Of a DNA stretch of 64,000 nt, positions 55,201 to 64,000 are shown piece after piece. Origin of the DNA: the human T2T-CHM13v2.0 reference genome, Homo sapiens; NCBI RefSeq assembly GCF_009914755.1, contig NC_060930.1; one strand, written 5' to 3'. Numbering within the stretch: position 1 is the first letter of the stretch; each line of letters begins with the position of its first letter. The position numbers and the translations under genes are program-made. The notes beneath the pieces are model-generated. The model ran no database searches and was not told the DNA's origin. It saw only the letters and a program-made list of their open reading frames with translations.

Positions 55201-57092
55201 CAAGTCACAGAGTTGAACATTTCTCTTGATAGAGCAGTTTTGAAACCCTCTTTCTGAAGGATCTGCAAGTGGATATTTGGAACTCCTTTGGGTCTTCGTT
55301 GGAAACGGGATTTCTTCGTATAAATCTAGACAGAAGAATGCTCAGAAACTTCCTTGTGATGTGTGCATTCAACTCAGCGAGTGGCACCTTCCTTTGGATA
55401 CAGCAGTTTTGAAACACTGTTTTTGTAGTATTTCCAAGCGGATATTTAGAGCGCCTTGAAGCCTATGCTAGAAATGGAAATATCTCCCCATAAAACCAAG
55501 ACGGAAGCAATCTCAGAAACTAATGTGTGATGGCTGCATTCCACACACACGGTGGACCATTTCTCTTGATAGAGCAGTTTTGAAACACTCTTTCTGTAGA
55601 ATCTGCAAGTGGATAATTGGACCTCCGAGAGGCCTTCGTTGGAAACGGGATTTCTTCATCTAAACCTACAGAGAAGTATTCTCAGTAACTTCTTCGGATG
55701 TGTGCATTCGACGCACAGAATGGAACATTCCCTTTGATAGAGCAGTTTTGAGACACCGTTTTTGTAGAATTCCCAAGTGGATATTTAGAGCACTTTGAAG
55801 TCTCTGCTAGAAAAGGAAACATCTTCATGTAAAAAGTAGATAGAATCGTTCTCAGAAAGTGCTTAGTGTCGTGTGCGTTCAACTCACAGAGTTTAACGTT
55901 TCTTTTGATAGAGCGTTTCTGAAACACCCTTCTTGTAGTAGCTGCAAGTGGATATTTGGACCTATTGGAGGCCTTCTTTGGAAACGGGATTTCTTCATGT
56001 AACTCTAGATTGAAGAATTCTCAGAAACTCCTTTGTGATGTGTGCATTCAATTCAAAGAGTGAAACCTCCCTTTTCACAGAGCAGTTTTGAAACACTGTT
56101 TTTGTAGGATTTCCAAGGGGATATTTATAGCGCATTGAGCCTACGGCGGAAAAAGAAACATCTTCCTATAAAAACTAGACAGAATACTTCTCAGAATCTG
56201 CTTTGCGATGTGTGCGTTCAACTCACAGAGTAAAACTTTTCTTTTGATAGAGCAGTTTTGAAACACTCTTTTTGTAGTATTTGCATGTGTATATTTAGAG
56301 CGCATTGAAGCCCACAGTAGAAAAGGAAATAACTTCACCTAAAACCTAGACAGAAGCAATCTCAGAAACTACTTTGTGATGTGTACATTCAACTCACAGA
56401 GTGGAACTTTCCTCTTTATAGAGCAGTGTTGAAACACTCTTTTTGTAGAAACTGCAAGTGGATATTTGGACCTCTTTGAGGCCTTCGTTGGAAACGGGAT
56501 TTCTTCCTATAACCCTAGACAGAAGAATTTTCAGAAACCTCATTGTGATGTGTGCGTTCATCTCACAGAGTGGAGTCTTCCGTTTGATAGAGAAGTTTTG
56601 AAACCCTGTTCTTGTAGGATTTCCAAGTGGATATTTAGACCACTTTGAAGCCTATGATAGAAAAGGAAACATCTTCATGGAAAACATAGATAGAATCATC
56701 CTCAGAAACAACTTTGTGATGTGTGCGTTGAACTCACCGTCTTTAACCTTTCTTTTGGTAGAGAAGTTTTGAAACACTCTCTTTGTAAAGTCTACAAGTG
56801 GATATTTTGAGCCCTTGGAGGCATTCTTTGGAAAAGGGAATGTCTTCACATAAAAGGCAGACAGAAGTGTTCTCAGAAACTGCTTTGTGATGTCTGTGTT
56901 CAACTCACAGAGTTTAACATTTCCTTTGATAGAGCGGTTTAGTAACCCTCTCTTTGTAGAATTTGGAAGTGTATACTAAGAGCGCTTTGAGGCCTATGGT
57001 AGAAAAGGAAATATCTTTCCATAAAAGCTAGACAGAAGCAATCTCAGAAACTCCTCTGTGATGTCTGCATTCAACTCACCGAGTGGAACATT
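40269..57092 (+). repeat. HOR units 15-20: alternating 18-mer/15-mer x3 (starts 40269 L, 43326 S, 45877 L, 48934 S, 51485 L, 54542 S)
   Basis: Spacings alternate 3057/2551, giving a 5608-bp period. Confidence 0.95.
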
Positions 57093-60000
57093 CCTCTTGA
57101 TAGAGCAGTTTGGAAACACTCTTTCTGTAGAATCAGCTTGTTTGTATTTGGACCTCCTTGAGGCCTTCGTTGGAAACGGGTTTTCATCTTATAAACCCAG
57201 ACAGAAGAATTCTCAGAGTCTTCTTTGTGATGTGTGCTTTCAACTCACCGAGATAAAGATTTCTCTTGATAGAGCAATTTGGAAACACTCTTTTTGTAGA
57301 ATTTGCAAGGGTACATTGAGAGCGCTTTCAGGCCTATGGTAGAAAAGGGAATATCTTTCCATAAAAGGTAGACAGAAGCAATCTCAGAAACTACTTTGTG
57401 ATGTGTGCATTCAACTCACCGAGTGCAACGTTCCTCTTGACCGAGCAGTTTGGAAACATTGTTTCTGTAGAATCTGCAAGTGGATATTTGGACCTCTTTG
57501 AGGCCTTCGTTGGAAACGGGATTTCTTCCTATAAACCCAGACAGAAGAATTCTCAGAGACTTCTTTGTGATGTGTGAATTCAACTCACAGTGTGGATCCT
57601 TCCTTTTGATAGAGCAGTTTTGAAACCCTGTTTTTGTAGTATTTCCAAGCGGATATTTGGAACGCCTTGAAGCGTATGGTAGAAAAGGAAATATCTTCCC
57701 ATAAAACCTAGACAGAACCAATCTCAGAAACGACTTTGTGATGTCTGCATTCAAGTCACAGAGTTGAACATTTCTCTTGATAGAGCAGTTTTGAAACCCT
57801 CTTTCTGAAGGATCTGCAAGTGGATATTTGGAACTCCTTTGGGTCTTCGTTGGAAACGGGATTTCTTCGTATAAATCTAGACAGAAGAATTCTCCGAAAC
57901 TTCTTTGGTTGTGTGCATTCAAGTCACAGAGTGGAACCTTCCTTTGGATAGAGCAGTTTGAAACGCCGTGGTTGTAGTATTTCCAAGCGGATATTAGAGC
58001 GCCTTGAGGCCTATGGTAGAAAAGGAAATATCTTCCCATAAAACCTAGACGGAAGCAATCTCAGAAACTACTGTGTGATGGCTGCATTCCACACACACGG
58101 TGGAACATTTCTCTTGATAGAGCAGTTTTGAAACACTCTTTCTGTAGAATCTGCAAGTGGATAATTGGACCGCCTTGAGGCCTTCGTTGGAAACGGGATT
58201 TCTTCATGTTACTCTAGATAGAAGAATTCTCAAACACTGCTATGTGATGTTTGCATTCAAGTCACAGAGTGCAACATTCCTCTTGGTAGAGCAGTTGGGA
58301 AACACTCCTTTTGTAGAATCTGCAATGGGATATTTGGACTTCTTTGAGGCCTTCGTTGGAAACGGGATTTCTTTGTATGAATCTAGACAGAAGAATTCTC
58401 AGAAACTTCCTTGTGATGTGTGCATTCAACTCAGCGAGTGGCACCTTCCTTTGGATACAGCAGTTTTGAAACACTGTTTTTGTAGTATTTCCAAGCGGAT
58501 ATTTAGAGCGCCTTGAAGCCTATGCTAGAAATGGAAATATCTCCCCATAAAACCAAGACAGAAGCAATCTCAGAAACTAATGTGTGATGGCTGCATTCCA
58601 CACACACGGTGGACCATTTCTCTTGATAGAGCAGTTTTGAAACACTCTTTCTGTAGAATCTGCAAGTGGATAATTGGACCTCCTAGAGGCCTTCGTTGGA
58701 AACGGGATTTCTTCATCTAAACCTACAGAGAAGAATTCTCAGTAACTTCTTCGGATGTGTGCATTCGACGCACAGAATGGAACATTCCCTTTGATAGAGC
58801 AGTTTTGAGACACCGTTTTTGTAGAATTCCCAAGTGGATATTTAGAGCACTTTGAAGTCTCTGCTAGAAAAGGAAACATCTTCATGTAAAAAGTAGATAG
58901 AATCGTTCTCAGAAAGTGCTTAGTGACGTGTGCGTTCAACTCACAGAGTTTAACGTTTCTTTTGATAGAGCGTTTCTGAAACACCCTTCTTGTAGTAGCT
59001 GCAAGTGGATATTTGGACCTATTGGAGGCCTTCTTTGGAAACGGGATTTCTTCATGTAACTCTAGATTGAAGAATTCTCAGAAACTCCTTTGTGATGTGT
59101 GCATTCAATTCAAAGAGTGAAACCTCCCTTTTCACAGAGCAGTTTTGAAACACTGTTTTTGTAGGATTTCCAAGGGGATATTTATAGCGCATTGAGCCTA
59201 CGGCGGAAAAAGAAACATCTTCCTATAAAAACTAGACAGAATACTTCTCAGAATCTGCTTTGCGATGTGTGCGTTCAACTCACAGAGTAAAACTTTTCTT
59301 TTGATAGAGCAGTTTTGAAACACTCTTTTTGTAGTATTTGCATGTGTATATTTAGAGCGCATTGAAGCCCACAGTAGAAAAGGAAATAACTTCACCTAAA
59401 ACCTAGACAGAAGCAATCTCAGAAACTACTTTGTGATGTGTACATTCAACTCACAGAGTGGAACTTTCCTCTTTATAGAGCAGTGTTGAAACACTCTTTT
59501 TGTAGAAACTGCAAGTGGATATTTGGACCTCTTTGAGGCCTTCGTTGGAAACGGGATTTCTTCCTATAACCCTAGACAGAAGAATTTTCAGAAACCTCAT
59601 TGTGATGTGTGCGTTCATCTCACAGAGTGGAGTCTTCCGTTTGATAGAGAAGTTTTGAAACCCTGTTCTTGTAGGATTTCCAAGTGGATATTTAGACCAC
59701 TTTGAAGCCTATGATAGAAAAGGAAACATCTTCATGGAAAACATAGATAGAATCATCCTCAGAAACAACTTTCTGATGTGTGCGTTGAACTCACCGTCTT
59801 TAACCTTTCTTTTGGTAGAGAAGTTTTGAAACACTCTCTTTGTAAAGTCTACAAGTGGATATTTTGAGCCCTTGGAGGCATTCTTTGGAAAAGGGAATGT
59901 CTTCACATAAAAGGCAGACAGAAGTGTTCTCAGAAACTGCTTTGTGATGTCTGTGTTCAACTCACAGAGTTTAACATTTCCTTTGATAGAGCGGTTTAGT

Positions 60001-63000
60001 AACCCTCTCTTTGTAGAATTTGGAAGTGTATACTAAGAGCGCTTTGAGGCCTATGGTAGAAAAGGAAATATCTTTCCATAAAAGCTAGACAGAAGCAATC
60101 TCAGAAACTCCTCTGTGATGTCTGCATTCAACTCACCGAGTGGAACATTCCTCTTGAGAGAGCAGTTTGGAAACACTCTTTCTGTAGAATCAGCTTGTTT
60201 GTATTTGGACCTCCTTGAGGCCTTCGTTGGAAACGGGTTTTCATCTTATAAACCCAGACAGAAGAATTCTCAGAGTCTTCTTTGTGATGTGTGCTTTCAA
60301 CTCACCGAGATAAAGATTTCTCTTGATAGAGCAATTTGGAAACACTCTTTTTGTAGAATTTGCAAGGGTACATTGAGAGCGCTTTCAGGCCTATGGTAGA
60401 AAAGGGAATATCTTTCCATAAAAGGTAGACAGAAGCAATCTCAGAAACTACTTTGTGATGTGTGCATTCAACTCACCGAGTGCAACGTTCCTCTTGACCG
60501 AGCAGTTTGGAAACATTGTTTCTGTAGAATCTGCAAGTGGATATTTGGACCTCTTTGAGGCCTTCGTTGGAAACGGGATTTCTTCCTATAAACCCAGACA
60601 GAAGAATTCTCAGAGACTTCTTTGTGATGTGTGAATTCAACTCACAGTGTGGATCCTTCCTTTTGATAGAGCAGTTTTGAAACCCTGTTTTTGTAGTATT
60701 TCCAAGCGGATATTCGGAACGCCTTGAAGCGTATGGTAGAAAAGGAAATATCTTCCCATAAAACCTAGACAGAACCAATCTCAGAAACGACTTTGTGATG
60801 TCTGCATTCAAGTCACAGAGTTGAACATTTCTCTTGATAGAGCAGTTTTGAAACCCTCTTTCTGAAGGATCTGCAAGTGGATATTTGGAACTCCTTTGGG
60901 TCTTCGTTGGAAACGGGATTTCTTCGTATAAATCTAGACAGAAGAATTCTCCGAAACTTCTTTGGTTGTGTGCATTCAAGTCACAGAGTGGAACCTTCCT
61001 TTGGATAGAGCAGTTTGAAACGCCGTGGTTGTAGTATTTCCAAGCGGATATTAGAGCGCCTTGAGGCCTATGGTAGAAAAGGAAATATCTTCCCATAAAA
61101 CCTAGACGGAAGCAATCTCAGAAACTACTGTGTGATGGCTGCATTCCACACACACGGTGGAACATTTCTCTTGATAGAGCAGTTTTGAAACACTCTTTCT
61201 GTAGAATCTGCAAGTGGATAATTGGACCGCCTTGAGGCCTTCGTTGGAAACGGGATTTCTTCATGTTACTCTAGATAGAAGAATTCTCAAACACTGCTAT
61301 GTGATGTTTGCATTCAAGTCACAGAGTGCAACATTCCTCTTGGTAGAGCAGTTGGGAAACACTCCTTTTGTAGAATCTGCAATGGGATATTTGGACTTCT
61401 TTGAGGCCTTCGTTGGAAACGGGATTTCTTTGTATGAATCTAGACAGAAGAATTCTCAGAAACTTCCTTGTGATGTGTGCATTCAACTCAGCGAGTGGCA
61501 CCTTCCTTTGGATACAGCAGTTTTGAAACACTGTTTTTGTAGTATTTCCAAGCGGATATTTAGAGCGCCTTGAAGCCTATGCTAGAAATGGAAATATCTC
61601 CCCATAAAACCAAGACGGAAGCAATCTCAGAAACTAATGTGTGATGGCTGCATTCCACACACACGGTGGACCATTTCTCTTGATAGAGCAGTTTTGAAAC
61701 ACTCTTTCTGTAGAATCTGCAAGTGGATAATTGGACCTCCTAGAGGCCTTCGTTGGAAACGGGATTTCTTCATCTAAACCTACAGAGAAGAATTCTCAGT
61801 AACTTCTTCGGATGTGTGCATTCGACGCACAGAATGGAACATTCCCTTTGATAGAGCAGTTTTGAGACACCGTTTTTGTAGAATTCCCAAGTGGATATTT
61901 AGAGCACTTTGAAGTCTCTGCTAGAAAAGGAAACATCTTCATGTAAAAAGTAGATAGAATCGTTCTCAGAAAGTGCTTAGTGACGTGTGCGTTCAACTCA
62001 CAGAGTTTAACGTTTCTTTTGATAGAGCGTTTCTGAAACACCCTTCTTGTAGTAGCTGCAAGTGGATATTTGGACCTATTGGAGGCCTTCTTTGGAAACG
62101 GGATTTCTTCATGTAACTCTAGATTGAAGAATTCTCAGAAACTCCTTTGTGATGTGTGCATTCAATTCAAAGAGTGAAACCTCCCTTTTCACAGAGCAGT
62201 TTTGAAACACTGTTTTTGTAGGATTTCCAAGGGGATATTTATAGCGCATTGAGCCTACGGCGGAAAAAGAAACATCTTCCTATAAAAACTAGACAGAATA
62301 CTTCTCAGAATCTGCTTTGCGATGTGTGCGTTCAACTCACAGAGTAAAACTTTTCTTTTGATAGAGCAGTTTTGAAACACTCTTTTTGTAGTATTTGCAT
62401 GTGTATATTTAGAGCGCATTGAAGCCCACAGTAGAAAAGGAAATAACTTCACCTAAAACCTAGACAGAAGCAATCTCAGAAACTACTTTGTGATGTGTAC
62501 ATTCAACTCACAGAGTGGAACTTTCCTCTTTATAGAGCAGTGTTGAAACACTCTTTTTGTAGAAACTGCAAGTGGATATTTGGACCTCTTTGAGGCCTTC
62601 GTTGGAAACGGGATTTCTTCCTATAACCCTAGACAGAAGAATTTTCAGAAACCTCATTGTGATGTGTGCGTTCATCTCACAGAGTGGAGTCTTCCGTTTG
62701 ATAGAGAAGTTTTGAAACCCTGTTCTTGTAGGATTTCCAAGTGGATATTTAGACCACTTTGAAGCCTATGATAGAAAAGGAAACATCTTCATGGAAAACA
62801 TAGATAGAATCATCCTCAGAAACAACTTTGTGATGTGTGCGTTGAACTCACCGTCTTTAACCTTTCTTTTGGTAGAGAAGTTTTGAAACACTCTCTTTGT
62901 AAAGTCTACAAGTGGATATTTTGAGCCCTTGGAGGCATTCTTTGGAAAAGGGAATGTCTTCACATAAAAGGCAGACAGAAGTGTTCTCAGAAACTGCTTT

Positions 63001-63206
63001 GTGATGTCTGTGTTCAACTCACAGAGTTTAACATTTCCTTTGATAGAGCGGTTTAGTAACCCTCTCTTTGTAGAATTTGGAAGTGTATACTAAGAGCGCT
63101 TTGAGGCCTATGGTAGAAAAGGAAATATCTTTCCATAAAAGCTAGACAGAAGCAATCTCAGAAACTCCTCTGTGATGTCTGCATTCAACTCACCGAGTGG
63201 AACATT
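57093..63206 (+). repeat. HOR units 21-22: two 18-mers (starts 57093, 60150)
   Basis: Two 3057-bp spacings (57342, 60399, 63456). Confidence 0.95.
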
Positions 63207-64000
63207 CCTCTTGAGAGAGCAGTTTGGAAACACTCTTTCTGTAGAATCAGCTTGTTTGTATTTGGACCTCCTTGAGGCCTTCGTTGGAAACGGGTTTTCA
63301 TCTTATAAACCCAGACAGAAGAATTCTCAGAGTCTTCTTTGTGATGTGTGCTTTCAACTCACCGAGATAAAGATTTCTCTTGATAGAGCAATTTGGAAAC
63401 ACTCTTTTTGTAGAATTTGCAAGGGTACATTGAGAGCGCTTTCAGGCCTATGGTAGAAAAGGGAATATCTTTCCATAAAAGGTAGACAGAAGCAATCTCA
63501 GAAACTACTTTGTGATGTGTGCATTCAACTCACCGAGTGCAACGTTCCTCTTGACCGAGCAGTTTGGAAACATTGTTTCTGTAGAATCTGCAAGTGGATA
63601 TTTGGACCTCTTTGAGGCCTTCGTTGGAAACGGGATTTCTTCCTATAAACCCAGACAGAAGAATTCTCAGAGACTTCTTTGTGATGTGTGAATTCAACTC
63701 ACAGTGTGGATCCTTCCTTTTGATAGAGCAGTTTTGAAACCCTGTTTTTGTAGTATTTCCAAGCGGATATTTGGAACGCCTTGAAGCGTATGGTAGAAAA
63801 GGAAATATCTTCCCATAAAACCTAGACAGAACCAATCTCAGAAACGACTTTGTGATGTCTGCATTCAAGTCACAGAGTTGAACATTTCTCTTGATAGAGC
63901 AGTTTTGAAACCCTCTTTCTGAAGGATCTGCAAGTGGATATTTGGAACTCCTTTGGGTCTTCGTTGGAAACGGGATTTCTTCGTATAAATCTAGACAGAA
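63207..64000 (+). repeat. HOR unit 23, partial; type cannot be determined
   Basis: The window ends inside the junction microhomology, before the base that distinguishes 18-mer from 15-mer. Confidence 0.93.

Larger units (their letters stand above)
1..64000 (+). repeat. Centromeric alpha-satellite higher-order repeat array, uninterrupted and in one orientation
   Basis: About 170-bp periodic monomers with alphoid hallmarks (ttgatagagcagttttgaaacactc, ttctcagaaact..tgtgatgtgtgcattcaactcacagag) and CENP-B boxes CTTCGTTGGAAACGGGA. Near-identical ORFs recur at exactly 3057 or 2551 bp, and 14x3057 + 8x2551 = 63206. Confidence 0.99.
1..64000 (+). other. D6Z1: Likely identity: human chromosome 6 active centromeric array D6Z1 (SF1 18-mer HOR with a 15-mer structural variant)
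   Basis: The HOR is 18 monomers and 3057 bp, has one BamHI site per unit (502-507), and mostly alternates A- and B-type monomers. This matches the known ~3-kb BamHI 18-mer of chromosome 6. Recognised from memory, not aligned. Confidence 0.88.

Noticed and set aside
63530-63868. 112-aa ORF suggesting the last unit is a 15-mer
   Set aside because: The shorter ORF results from window truncation; the sequence ends before the diagnostic junction base.
1-64000. A previously undescribed biological system
   Set aside because: Everything visible is explained by a known class of centromeric HOR array; any novelty is limited to local array architecture and recombination history.

Overview
The whole 64 kb is primate centromeric alpha-satellite DNA: about 170-bp monomers, head-to-tail in one orientation, with CENP-B boxes. 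I saw no genes, RNA genes, transposon insertions or inversions. It is a very homogeneous higher-order repeat (HOR) array with two unit lengths: a 3057-bp 18-mer (L, 14 complete copies) and a 2551-bp 15-mer (S, 8 copies) that lacks one 506-bp three-monomer block. A partial unit ends the window. Taking position 1 as the phase, the order is L S L S L S L L L L L L S S L S L S L S L L (partial). The 18-mer length, the single BamHI site per unit and the dimer-type (suprachromosomal family 1) monomers match my recollection of the human chromosome 6 active array D6Z1 (S1C6H1L); I could not confirm this by alignment. All listed ORFs are repeat artefacts. I found no new gene system. The features of interest are in array architecture: a composite 33-mer (5608-bp) repeat, an 11.2-kb super-period, a SNV haplotype linked to the 15-mer, recombinant units, one shifted deletion junction, and differential decay of CENP-B boxes. 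SNVs were read by eye and are numbered by unit-1 coordinates.
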